The position numbers and the translations under genes were made by a program. Below the pieces are notes generated by a model. The model had not been told where the DNA came from, ran no database searches, and was given only the letters and a program-made list of their open reading frames with translations. 64,000 bases of DNA from Cenococcum geophilum (lineage: Eukaryota). This document shows, in pieces, positions 12,450 to 25,224 of this stretch; the stretch's first letter is position 1, and each line of letters opens with the position of its first letter. The DNA is taken from the NCBI GenBank assembly GCA_050273025.1, contig CP158635.1, positions 5,022,001-5,086,000 on the forward strand. The letters are read 5' to 3'.

Positions 12450-13289
12450 AGGAAAGAGCTAGGTAATAACTTAAACACTAGCAGCAGCAATAGGAGCCTC
12501 CTCTTCTATCTTAACGTTATTATTAACGGTATTATTAGCTCCTCTATCCCCAGAAGTATTAGCACTTCTACTAATATTTTTTTTTAAAATAACGGGTACT
12601 GGAAGGACTAGCACGGGCGGGAGACTAGTAAGGAGAATATTTATCTTAACCTTTATCGCTATCCTTAGTATCCCTAGGTTCCAAATCGGCGTCTAAGTAG
12701 GGATTAAAAAGATATTAGCTAAAGGAGTTAGCATAGTTCCTAAGTAAGTTACTAGAGAAACTTACCTAGCCAGAGTAGCCCGCATAAGAGTATAAATATT
12801 ATTATTAATAAGGACAAGCTATTTGCATATACACTCCTAGATATTATATATCCAAAAATATTACGTCTCTATAGCAGTGGAAACCCTTATAGAATTAAAG
12901 AGTCTATAAGTAAGGGAAGATACCTTTTATCCCTGCCTATTACTATTAGGATATTGGCAGAAATCTTAGATAGCGCGTTAGAGCCTATAAGTCTTATACA
13001 TATAGACAGCGGGGATCTAGTATAATTAGCGAAATTTAGAATAGGATGGAATAGGAAATACTAGAACGTAGGTCTTTCTCCTACTGCGATAATAGGAGCA
13101 CTTGGATTTATTTTTGCTGGAGTAAGGCATTTTATAGACGTAGGAAGGATCCTACGTAAGAGTATAAACGCAGCAATAACAGTATTTTAGGGAAACTGCT
13201 ATAGAAGTAATAGATGCTGTCTAGGGCGTTACCGGGAGATTAATAACACTGCCGCCGGTCTAGGGACGCGCAGAAGAACTATAAGCCAT
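12450..13289 (-). pseudogene. Antisense accessory gene of gypsy A, Cys6 zinc-cluster-like, with intron (3' end approximate)
   Basis: ATG at 13289. Frame reads KYCYCCV...YVY...SKCSYYRSRRKTYVL, with Tyr codons as probable RIP products of Cys. GTATTT...GCTAAT...TAG intron at 13061-13017. Confidence 0.6.
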
Positions 13290-13882
13290 TATAAGAGAAT
13301 ACTTTAAGAAGTTAGCATCGTTATAAGAGATAAGGTGGGGATCCTATTACTTATAAACGCGTTAAGAAAAGATAATAAGGTAGTAATAGAAGTACGGCTA
13401 GAGATATAGAAGCTAAAAGGCGAGATATAATAAAAACAGCCTATTTAAGAACGAGATGAATGGTGTTATTAATAGAAAGATAAGGGAGAGATAATAACTT
13501 ATAAATAGAAAGAAATTAAAATAAAAGACGTTATTATTAAGGCCTATTTAGGTAAATAGGAATAGTAGTTAGTTAACGCGTCACACCGGATAACCTCTAG
13601 ATCTATTTATAACAAATTCCCAAAATTAAAGAGGTAAATCCCACTAAATTTTTATTACTATTATTAAAATCCTATTACAAAAACACTATAAGGAGCTAGG
13701 GTAGAAGAAGAGTAAAGGAATAAAAGATAAAGTAAAGTTCTACGCTAGTAAAGAGCTGACAATAAGTCGCATTATAGAGTACCTTTCCACTAAGGGTTTC
13801 CCTAGTGGTTTTAGCTAGAACTCTATAAAAGCTTAATAGAGGTAAAGTCTTAGAGGACTAAAACCCTAAAAGGGGAGGTAAT

Positions 13883-14212
13883 TGTAACGGAATCCCCTAA
13901 GAGGTACATATCTAATAAGACGGTAGGAGGTTTTATTTATATCCCATCTATATTCCAGAAGACACAGTTAGACAGATTAGGGGCGAAAGGTTTTACTAGC
14001 GTCTTAGAAGAAATATATAGGAAGCTAGTTCCCCTCTAGAGAAGAACTAGCAATTAGTCTCTAAATAAAAGTGGTTAGAAGCATTTATCCTTTAATATAT
14101 AAAACTTATTCTACCTTTAACTTACCTTTAACTTACCTTTAACTTACCTTCTACTTACCGGTGACACTGTCGATTAGATAATTATACGTTCCGGTTAGGC
14201 TAGCCTCTTATA
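13883..14212 (+). repeat. 3' LTR of gypsy A
   Basis: Starts TGTAACGG after the PPT and is followed by TSD ATAAA. Confidence 0.93.
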
Positions 14213-14999
14213 ATAAATATAGATTAAAAGATAAGGGATATAGTAGCTACTTAGCTAAGGGCCAGGGGCTATCTAGATCGTATACGATTACCTTTTAAGG
14301 CGATTAGTATACCGATATACAATTGGCAGTGCAGCGGTACAGCTCTACTATAACAGCAACCTAAAGGTAATTTAATCGCTATCTAAAAGCTTTTTAGTAG
14401 AAGTTAAGGGGGATTGTATATAATTAGGCTAGTAATACTCTAGGCCAACCGTAGATCGCTACGCTAAAAGTAGGTTCTACTAATAGGATATAAAAGGTTA
14501 AACGCCATTAAAGATATATAGCTACCCTAGAGGCTATCTAATTGCTATTTAATGGCTATTTAAAAAAAACTAACGGCTAGCTTTTAAAGCTATAGTTACT
14601 ACCCTTGCTTCTAAACCAAATATAATCCTAAGCTATAGCTTAAAGATTTAATATAATCCTATAGAGTTATATATAACGAAGCCTTATAGTAAATATTACG
14701 GTGGACTTATTAATAGGCTAAGTATATAGATAGAATAAGATAATAAGCTTTACTATAGAGTAAGTGCCTAATAAATCAACTCCAGTTATATTCTAAGATT
14801 TACTATAAAGAGAGAACTATCTAAGGTAGGGACTGTAGTCCTTTAAATACATAACCTAACTCCTAAGAAATGTGCTAAGTACGTTAGTACGTCGTTATAT
14901 TACGTTTCTACGTTCTTATATTTCTATATTCTAAACTTATAATATATAATTAAATATATAACTTAGCTACCCTTTATCCTATAGTTTAACTAGTTCTAG

Positions 15000-17177
15000 T
15001 GCCTTCTGCGCTTCTACTACTAGTCCGTTTATATCCTCCTTAAGTGGTTATACTACTACTATATAAGGTCGTTAATGCTATCTCCCTTCTCTCTATCTTT
15101 ATCCTTAAAGATATCCTATATCTTTAAGTCGTTAATTAGAGGTATAGCACTCCCATCTATAATTTAATAACCTTTTATTAGATCTTTATATTTTAATTAT
15201 TTTTTTTATTTAGTAAAACTATACTGTCCTATTCTCGTTATATAGAGCGAGAGTATTAGTTTATATTATAATTGCAACTCTATTTAGTTACTAGCCTTCC
15301 TCCTATACTAAGTATATATGTTTTATTATTCTTTATAGGCGTCTAATACCTTATATAATTTATTATAGGGTCTTATATTTAATCTAAGGCCTCTTACCTT
15401 AAAGGTAAACTCGCCCTAGCCCTTAAAGAGCTTAAACGTTCTTATATCGCTGGGTAGGGGGCCTTTAAGGCCTAAATAGCTGCGTCTACTTAGCTAACCT
15501 ATCTTAAAAAGGGTTATAAAAAGGACTATTTAAAGGAGTAGCGTCTAGCTAAGTAGGGTCTTTATAAACTTAAACTAGGGGAGGCTAAAAGGGTTTATTT
15601 AAATAAAGAGGGAAATAACTCTAAGTAGATTAGCAGATATTCCTCTTAGGTCCCTCTTAGCTAATTTGTTTTACAGTAATTCTTCTATAAGAGTATATAT
15701 ATTAGATCCCGCCACGCTTGCGAATAAGTTCGCAAGCACTCTGTGTCTTTTTGGCCGTATAGCGACGTAGAGGCGGGATACGTTATATCTTCCTTATTAC
15801 TATTTTCTAACCTAATTTCTTCCAATGCCCGCTAAGCCCTACTATATACGTCCACGTTACCGTAGGTAGAAACATTACCAGGAAATTATTCCTTATAATA
15901 GCTAAGTGTAGAGGCGGTAGAGGAGAGCCGTTATAGCGCGCGTAGCGCGCTAGTATTGCGACTCTGCGGTATTAAGCCTATGACGCGTATAAGTATCGCC
16001 CTTAATAATACTAGGAGTTCTACTACCCCTACTTAGGGCTCCTATTATACTATTTAGGGAGGCTATTAAGGGAAACTAGGATATAAAAACCGCCTAACGT
16101 ATAATTACCTAGCTAATAGCTAGGCCTAAAACTAGACTTATCTAGCTAGTTAATGTAAATATGCCCTAGGCGTATAATAGGATACCCTTAGGCTTATATT
16201 AGCTCTAAGTCTATAAAGACACGGCGAGGGTATAGGGAACCTCCTTTTATAAGAACTTGTTAAGGTTAAAACGTTATAAACTCTGTATATAAAACTTATT
16301 AAGGCCTCTCTAAGAGCCTATCTAGTATACCTAAGTAACTTAAAAAAGGGTCTTAATAGGCATAGTATGCGCAACCTAGACAATAGCGATGTAATAGTAA
16401 CGCGATAATAACTAAACAGCTATAAGGGTTATTTTAACCCTTACTTGGGTATATCGCATAAGGGCCGCTTAGGGGTAGCTAAGGCCTAGCCTTCGGCTAG
16501 GCTTGGCACCTCCTTATAAGCACCTCGGGCTTACAGCCATTTCCCTCCTTATCGGTTTGTCTTCGTACGAGGCTATTGCTATACTCTTTACTATATCGTC
16601 CTCTTCTATCGACTCTCCTTATAACTTATACTCGGCTTACCTGCTCTTTACTATACACCTATATAATATACCTTACAACAGCTTAGTAAGGTAGGTTACT
16701 ATAAGTAGCAATATAGGTAAAGCTCTAGGCAGTAGAATTATAGGCTAGCTTTAATAGCCCTATAGTATTATAAGGCGACTTATAGGAGGGGTTTAATAGG
16801 TATAGTATATATAACCTAACGTATATATATAGGGGAGGCTTTAAAGGAAATATAGGCCATTTAGGTAAAGACTTAATAGTTAAAAATATAGGCTAGTATA
16901 TAAAAAAAGGGGGATATAAGCTTAGTTAGTAGGAGAGAGTAAAGTAGGTCACCTAACGTAGGACTTAGTATTTATAGGCCCCTCTTATAAAACACAGTTA
17001 GCCTATTATAAGGAAACCCTTATAGGTAATATAAAATAAAAACTAGTGGTATATAGGGTATTATACCCCTATATTACTACTAGCCTCTTATAGGGTATAG
17101 TGCGTAGTAGCTATTACTAGCTTTAAGGACCTTACCCTTTAACTAAGCTTTAGTCCTTAGTATACCTAATATATAAG
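15000..17177 (-). pseudogene. RIP-degraded tyrosine-recombinase-like gene (boundaries approximate)
   Basis: De-RIPped motifs in order: RGP(Q)ILS ~16984-16964, SRY(RH)IAI(A)(W) ~16405-16375, H-x7-YA ~16200-16170. Confidence 0.4.
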
Positions 17178-19082
17178 CATTAGCATTTTATTAGGGTGCT
17201 AAGATCCTAGAGGCCTCCTGATAGGATTTTAACTTTCTTAGAGGTCCTAATCGTCCTAGTAGGCTCCTAGTAGGCTCCTAGCAGGATTTTAATTTTCCTA
17301 ATTATCCTAGTTGTCCTAACAGGATCTTTAATTTCCTAATCGTCCTCTTATAGTCCTATTAGGGTCCTAATAGGAAACTAGTATTTCCTAATCGTTCCTA
17401 ACAGGCTCCTAGCAGGATTTTAATTTTCTTAATTATCCTATTAGGTTCCTAACAGAATACCCCTAAGCGACACCCCTTTTAACCCCCCCCTAAAGCGATA
17501 CCTCCTATACACACCCCTTAAGATACCCCCCTAATGCGACACCTTCCCCACTGTAATACCCCCCTAATGGGATACCTCCCCCCTAATGCGATACGTCCCT
17601 ATATACGCGTACGCGCAATATATAGTGCTATCGGGTCCCCACTATATTCCTAATAGCCTACACATACCTCTACTAAGTTACCTCCTTTATAGTCACCCTA
17701 TTCTTTACCCTTCCTTATATCCTCCCTTAGGAGGTACTAGAATAGCAGCCAGTAGAGGACCATCGCCAAAACTAGACGACCGTCGCCAGAACTAGACGAC
17801 CGTCGCCAGAACTAGACGACCGTCGCCAGAACTAAACGACCGTCGCCAGAACCAGACGACCGTCGCCAGAACTAGACGACCGTCGCTAGAACTAGACGGC
17901 CGTCGTTAAAACCAGACGACCGTTATAAGAACTAGACGATAACCTTTTAAATAACCAGCTAGCGAAGACCACGAACGATTTAATTAATCAATTAATCGAA
18001 TTTGATATTAGCCTATTACCGAATAGTATTAAGGCCTCCTAGGGAGGCACCCTAGACGACTACTGTTTAAATATATAGCTAGCGAACGGCTATAGAGAAT
18101 GACCTGGATTAATTAGAGCCTTTAATTAGGCCGACCTCTCCCCTAAATTAAATTAGATACTAACATAGGCAGGTAAGTAGGTAGGTAGGTAGGTAAGTAG
18201 GTAGGTAGGTAGGCAGGTAGGCAGGTAAGTAGGAGAGGACTATTTTTAAAACCAGACGATAATCGTTTAAACGACCAGCCAGCGAATACCACAATTGATT
18301 TAATTGATCGATTAAATCGAACCAGAGCCTTAATATTAGCCTATTACTGAATTAAATTGAATTAAGGCCTCCTAGGGAGGTACTCTAGATAACTACCGTT
18401 TAAACGTATAGCTAACGAACGCCCATAGAAAACGATTTAAATTAATATAATTAATCGCAATTAAATTAAGCAGAGCCTTTAATTGGGCTGACCTCTCCCC
18501 CGAATTATAGATATAGACAGGTAGGTATAGATAGGTAGGCACAGATAGGTAGGACAGGCAGGTAGGTAGGTAGGTAGGCAGGCACTAGGCCTAGTTAGGA
18601 AATCAGCACACGGCCGGCGGATTATTGGGAACACCGCCAATTGACGATTTGGAGCCTCCGCGAGAGGCTCCTTAGTTAATCGCCTAACGCCCAAGCGATT
18701 GTAGAGCTCTATAATAGACACAGGCGGTAGATAAGAGAAATTAATTTAGATTATTTAGATTATATATAATTAAATTAATTATATATTTTTTAACTAGCTG
18801 TAAATACTAGAGTATTAATATACCTTATTTTTAAATCTAGAATTTTTATTATTGTCCTAATGGTCCTAATGGTCCTAATGGTCCTAATAGTCCTAAAGGT
18901 CTTAGAGGTCCTAGAGGTCCTAGAGGTCCTAAAGGTCCTAATAGTCCTAGTGATCTAGGCGACCTCCTAATAGGTTCCTAATAGGATGCTAAGTGTAAGT
19001 GTCTCCTAGAGCTCCTAATAGCCCTAATAGGAGCTATTAGGAGCTGTTAGTACTGTTAGGAGGCACATATATTTTGCTAATA
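17178..19082 (-). mobile_element. Non-autonomous TIR element (variant 2), heavily RIPped
   Basis: Inverted copy of 31151-33014. Termini CATTAGCATTTT...TTTTGCTAATA. Flanks AG/AA (2-bp TSD with one G>A change). Confidence 0.85.
17765..17940. repeat. 20-bp tandem repeat GACCGTCGCCAGAACTAGAC, about 8-9 copies
   Basis: Head-to-tail with no spacers. The same unit occurs at ~9020-9170 and ~32260-32325. Confidence 0.92.
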
Positions 19083-19588
19083 AAGTAGGATTATATCCTA
19101 GTTAAAGAGACTATTATATAGCTTAAGAGAACAGATATATATATTAGTATATTAATAGACGGAACCGTTTATTACTAGGGTAGTATGCTAGTAAGATATA
19201 CTTAAGGAGTAAATAGGAGTTATTTAAGTAGGGGAGGCTTTTAGCTAGGCCTTAACCGTAAAAGGTATTTAAGGCTTCTATATTATAGGATATAGCTATA
19301 GCGCCCTTATAGGATTACGTTAGTAAGTATATAAAATAGGAGTTGCGACCCTTATAAATAGTAGCTTATATTATAGAACACCTCTATAATACCTTATATA
19401 TATCCACCTGTTTTTACTAACTTAGTAATTAAAGACCGACTATAAAACGGCAATTTAACGGCAATCTGCGGAAATCTAACGGCAATCTGCCGTATTCTGC
19501 TATATTCCATTAAGTTCTACTAGAACTTCTACCCAAATCCTATTCTACTTTATATACGTATTAACTAAGTAACTAAGCTAATAATATA

Positions 19589-19716
19589 ACGTGGGTGACA
19601 GGGTTTTGACGGTTTTAAGGTTTCCCATACAAACTTTGTCTGTGTCCTCTCGCTTAAAGTTTTGATGTTCAAAACCGTCAAAACCCATCACACCGTCAAA
19701 ACCCTGTCACCCACGT
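19589..19716. mobile_element. 128-bp MITE, Tc1-mariner/pogo (Fot1/Pot2-like)
   Basis: Perfect 25-bp TIR ACGTGGGTGACAGGGTTTTGACGGT, TA on both sides, and a third internal GGGTTTTGACGGT copy. Confidence 0.92.
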
Positions 19717-21536
19717 TATACCCTTTCTTTCCGTTTTCTTACCTTCTTACCTTATATAATGTCTTAACTTTATTACGCAGTTTATATATATAGCTTAATA
19801 GTATTTACTTCGCTATATATTATCGCCGCTTATACTTATTCCGTAATACTATATTGCGTTAAATCTATACCTTATACCGCCCCGCTTTACCTAGTATATA
19901 AAATAACCTAGAAGCCCCTATATCTATAACTAACTTACGTAATATATTTACTAAATAAATAAAAAGCCTATAAAAGGCCTTTATAGACACCCTTGCTTAA
20001 TAAAAGGCCTAATATTAGAAGATAATTAGATCTCTAAGAAAAGAAATTAAAGAGATCCATTATAACCTACTATCTGCTATACCGTCGCCCCTACCTATTC
20101 CCACTAGTGTTAACCTATAAGTATTAAACAGAAGAAATATATTTAGGACTAGCTCCTTAGCCCTAAATTCGCTAATTAGTACCTCTATAAAAAAAGCTAA
20201 CTAAATGTCTTTCTAATTCTCCCACCTATTTAAATAAAAGGAGTAAACTACGCTCCTTTTTTAACCAACTTAAGAATAAACTAAACGGTAATATTAATCG
20301 CTACGTTACTCCTAAAAGTTAGCTACGTTATACTATAAGTCGCTTAAAAAGAGACGCCGTAGAAACTATCTACTTGTTCTGGCTAAATACTATAAAAGAA
20401 CTAGTCGCTATACTAGAAGTATCTTATAACGACCCTAACCAAACTGCTATAGTATAAAGAAAACTAAATATAATAATGTAAGGCCCTAAGAACTTCCTAT
20501 TATATTTTATTAAGTTCTACTATTATATTAAAGAGACTAAATAAAATAAATCCGCCTTAATTAACCGCTTAATAAAAATTTTAAGCCCTAAATTTTAAGC
20601 ATCCATTATAGGAGTTAGACTGCTAGATATTATTACTGCCTATATAAATATTATTAATGGCTTATATAACGACTTACTACGTCTTATCCCAAAATATACG
20701 CCTTAATACTTGGCCCCTAAGCTGCCTAAAACCCATAAGGACCTAAATGCCATAAATATTAATACTAAGATCCTAGAGTATGCTTTATTAGGGTCCTCTA
20801 AATAAAAACGGCGTATTGAGCTATGCCTTTACTTTAAGTACGGAAGTAAAAGATACATCTTAAAATACTACCTCGTTCCCCTATTTATACCCTAAAACGA
20901 TTTATGAATAGTCCGCATTAGCAACTATTTACTACGCCTAACTTTAAGCTATTACTTACGGCCCTCCTTGTCCAGTTTTAGCCCTATATTTAGTAAGTAC
21001 TATTTATAAAAATAAAATCATAACTAATGTGCTATAAGAACCCAGCCTTAATCGCCTATAAAAGGAAGGTTTTAAAGCTAAGTCGCTCTCTAAAACGACT
21101 CTGCCTTGGAATCTTATTAAATACTTTAGATATTACAAACTCTAACTTTTAGGACCATAGTATAACTATTAACTACCGCCTTTAGCAGAGTAATTAATAG
21201 GCCAATACTTATGTGCTAATTAATATAGGAGCTAGTAGTATAGGATTTATTAATAAAATCTTTATATAAGATAATAGTTTTACTCTAATCCCCCTTAACT
21301 AGTATATTAATATATTTAGATTTAATAGCAAATATATGGTCTTAGGTTAAATTACCTATATAGTATACCTAAGACTCTAATACCTAAACTATAAAGAATT
21401 AATTAGGCCTTTTATTACTACTCTAGGTTACTTAGTAATTCTTAAATAACCTTAGATAAAGCTATATAAGGTAACTATTAATTAAAACAACCTTAAGCTT
21501 CTATTTACTGCCTCCTATTATAAGCAGAAGTGCCTT

Positions 21537-23631
21537 TTTTTTTTCTATCCATTGTATTATACTACGTACAATACTGCGCATGCAGCCTTAGGCTATGGCG
21601 CTATAGTTCTATATACATAAATCCTTTCTAGGCAGCTTAATATGTACTAGTAGCTATGTCCTAGTAGTTTATAGTTTCCTAGTAAAACACTAAGATACTA
21701 CAACTACTAGGGAATAAGAAAATGGTAAGAAAAACCATAAGAAATCCTAACCCCTATCTCTGTCCTTTTGCAATTTATTTCTGTTCTTTTGCTCTCTAAT
21801 ATCTTTTTAAGAGTCTAGTAGGAGTTGCCTCCTTCTAGAATCCTATCTGTTTTATTCTTCTATAGAATCTTCTTTACGTACTAGTTTAGCAGCTTTAAGA
21901 GTCTCGCAGTCTTTACTATTAGTAAAGTGTTTTTCTTTATAATTAATGCAAAGAGGGGTGGTATGCTGGCAAGGCTTGCCTATTATTATACAGGTAGAAC
22001 AGGAATGGTCTTTAGATAAATATGCAGCCGCATAGTATCTGCAGGCCCTAGTAGAGCACCTGTCTCCTATATGGCCAAATTTTTGGCAGCTCGTGCACTG
22101 CGTAGTAGGAGAGACTTTGAGGTATTTTACTACCTTAGTAGCTGTACCTGCAATTGATATCTCTTTTTGCTTAAGGATTTCTTGTCTTTTTTCTTCGTTT
22201 TCTATAGTAAAAACTATAGAGCCAAATCTGGTCTGTAGATTGTGTCTTTTTTCGCTAGATGAGATCCATCTAGGTAGTCCTTGTATCTTTATAGGATTAA
22301 AGGTCTTAATTTCTTCTTTTAGAAGCTTAGAGCCTCCTTCTCCTAGGAAAGGTAGGGTAGGAACCCCATGGGCTATAACTTGAACCCATGGTTCCAGTTT
22401 TTGTTCTCTTTAGAAGGTAAAGCAGTTATGCCAGATCTCCTTGTATTTAACTAGGAAATCTGCATTATATTCCTTTGTAATAGTAAGGAAAATATTTTGT
22501 TTTCCTCTGGTTCTAGCTATAGACGCTAGTACTGGTTTTTCTACTTATAGTTTTAATGTAAATAGTTAATTGACTTTGTTTCGTATCGAGAAGATATTTA
22601 GAGGTTGGTCTTTTTCGTCTGTAATTAGGACTAGCTTCCTTTCTTATAACTGCTTTTTCTTACTTCTAGTAGAAGTAGGAGAACTCCTACTAGAAGGAGG
22701 TGGTAGTAAGGAGGGTAGGGAGGATGAGGAAGGGAGGTTCTTCCTTAGTCTTTCTGCGTAAGTTTCCTTAGTAGGGGCTACCTCCTTACGGAGAGCCCTT
22801 ACTTCTTCTACTAGCCCTTTTAGGACATCTTTTTCCTTTTCTTTTCCTTTTATAAAGGGATTTTCTCTTATTAGGATACTCCTTATATAGTCCTCTAGCT
22901 ATTTAATTAATTCTTTTTTTTCTTCTTCTTCTAGCCCTTTATATGCCTGGGTTAGGCTTTTTAGAGCCTTTTATAGGTATTGTTCTGGAGAAAGGGGAGG
23001 AAAAGGTATAGGTGTACTAGGTATGCCATCCGTAGTAGTTATTAGTTTCTTTTTTATAGGTTTTTGGTTTTCTTTTTCAGGAGAAGTTTAAGGATATTCT
23101 CTTTTCTCTCCCTTCTTAGACAAGCTGGGAGGAGAAAGAAAAGAAGATAAAAATAGAAATCTATTATCATTTCCTTCTATAGGGGTTTCGCCTATAGACT
23201 CGTTGTCGTCACTTATCTCTATAGGAGGTTTCTTTTTAGGCCTGGTAGGCCTTGGCATCTTATAGGGGGAGTTTTCTAGTTTTTACTATCCTTATACCCT
23301 TTTTCCTTACTAATCCTACTAGAGGATTTCTGGGGAGATTAGGTTTAAAGGCAGTAGTAATACTAGACCCCTAGTATTGGTGGTGGTGGTGGTGGTGGTT
23401 TTGGTGTTCCTGTCCGTGCCTCGCTTACAAGCTAGGACCGCCCCTAAGAAGAATTTTCTGTTGGGGGAAAGGGGGTAAAACGACAATTAAATCCACCTAT
23501 AGCTCGCTAAGCAGTAGGAATTGGGTCTTGAAAGTTGGAAAATCGATTGTTTTTGGTGGTAAGATGGGTATGCGTAAGTTTTGAAGTGCGGCGCTTCCTT
23601 TTGGTAAGGTTGCATGTGTGGTAAAAGTTTT
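21537..23631 (-). mobile_element. ORF1-only poly(A)-tailed non-LTR retroelement
   Basis: 13-bp TSD GCAGAAGTGCCTT at 21524-21536 and 23632-23644. T-run tail on the + strand. One gag-like frame and no ORF2. Confidence 0.88.
21700..23258 (-). pseudogene. LINE ORF1/gag-like protein with zinc knuckles, few stops (3' end approximate)
   Basis: MPRPTRPKKK... WVQVIAHGVP... PRWIS... FGSIVF... PTTQCTSCQKFGHIGDRC. Confidence 0.85.
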
Positions 23632-25224
23632 GCAGAAGTGCCTTATAACTTACTATTTAAACCTAAAACTAAAGTTTAGAAAGTCTACTAGATCTACTAG
23701 CCCCAAATTTCTACCCTATATATAAGGAATCTACTTAATTGCACTAATCTAGAAATTCTATTAATTCCTACTAATATAAGACTTCTATTAATATCTATTA
23801 AGAACCTAAAATTCCTACTAAACTCTATAAACCGATTTTATCCACTATACCGCCCTAAACTAAGTAGAAGCTTAAGCTTAATATATAAAAGTACTAGAAG
23901 AACTAGTATTTTACTATAAGAAGGATACTTAAAGAACCTAAACCCGAATCTAATACTAACTCTATACCTAATACTAAACCTAAAGCTAAGTAAGAAACCG
24001 TATAAGAAACTAAAAACAATTTAAGCTTACTTAATACCTTTACAATTGGAGCCACCTTACTAATACAACTTGCCAAAAAGTCTAAATATATAATATTTGC
24101 TATTATAATGGCTAATATTAAGAGGGCCTTAGTACAAAAAAAGTATACTAACTCTACTATAAAGGTACTAGTAGTACTATAAAAAACTAGACGTATTTTT
24201 ATAAAAGGAAGCTAATAAGCTACTGGAATACCGGTTACACAACTATAAAATTATACTTAAAGAAGGAAAATAGCCTAGATTTAGACCCCTATACGGGATA
24301 TCCTAAAATAAACTTTAAGTACTATAGAAGTGTTTAGACAAGAACCTAAGTAAAGGATTTATTAGAGCAAGCTTTTCGCCTATAGCCGTATTAGTAATCT
24401 TTATTAGGAAACCTAGTAGTAGTTTACGCTTCTATATAAACTACTAAGCTCTTAATACTATTACCGTTAAGAACTAATATCTAATCCCGTTAATATAAAA
24501 GACGCTAAACTAACTAAGTAAGGCTCGCTACTATATAAAGCTTAATATTATCTTTATATTTAACCGCCTCCGTATTATAAAAGGAGATAAATAGCTTATT
24601 GCATTCCGTATCTAGTATAGATTATTTAAGTACTTAGTAATACTATCTAGTCTTATAAACGCCCTAAGCTTATTTTATATTACATAAATAATACCTAATA
24701 TCCCTACCTAGATATCTTTTATATAGCTTATATTAATAATATACTAATATATAGTAATAACCTAACTAAATATTAGAAATATATTAACCTTATTTTATAA
24801 GCCTTATATAGAGCTAGTCTATAAAGCAGAAGTCTTATACTTTAGACTTTTTATTTCTATAAATAGTATATAAATAGACTTAAAGAAAGTTAAAGCAATT
24901 GTAAACTAGTAAGAGCCTTTATAGGATTTGCTAGTTTTTACTAATAGTTTATTAATAACTTCTTCGCCCTAGTTTTACCCCTTATAGCTCTAACATTAAA
25001 GAATAAAGTATTTGTTTTTAATAAAAAATATAAGAAGGCATTTACTTACCTAAAAGTTATATTTACTACCGCGCCTATATTCTAATACTTTAATCTAAAC
25101 TAAATAAGTATTATAGAAGCTAATTTATTTGACTATATTACTAGAGGTATTCTATCTTAATATAATAAGGATAGAATATAATACTCTATAGTATATTTCT
25201 TAAAATAACTAAGCCTAGCTAAAT

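Larger units (their letters stand above)
3529..14212 (+). mobile_element. Ty3/gypsy chromovirus A, full-length, RIP-inactivated, with two nested insertions
   Basis: LTRs 3529-3869 and 13883-14212, TSD ATAAA, PPT AAAAGGGGAGG. Gag knuckle CYNC ~4985, protease DSGA ~5190, RT DYRALN ~5917 and YLNN ~6209, RNase H ~6670, integrase ~7690-10600, chromodomain ~10700-10830. Confidence 0.95.
19369..25224 (+). mobile_element. Ty3/gypsy element B, 5' part (LTR limits approximate), interrupted in RNase H by gypsy C
   Basis: Gag knuckle remnant ~20825, protease LI(D)(T)GA ~21216, RT remnants ~24440 and ~24730, RNase H ~25115. The second LTR is not in the window. Confidence 0.85.

Noticed and set aside
17765..17940. 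CRISPR-like regular repeats
   Set aside because: The 20-bp units are contiguous with no unique spacers, there are no cas genes, and the context is eukaryotic transposon DNA.
22093..22761. Plus-strand ORFs
   Set aside because: Antisense shadows of the minus-strand ORF1.
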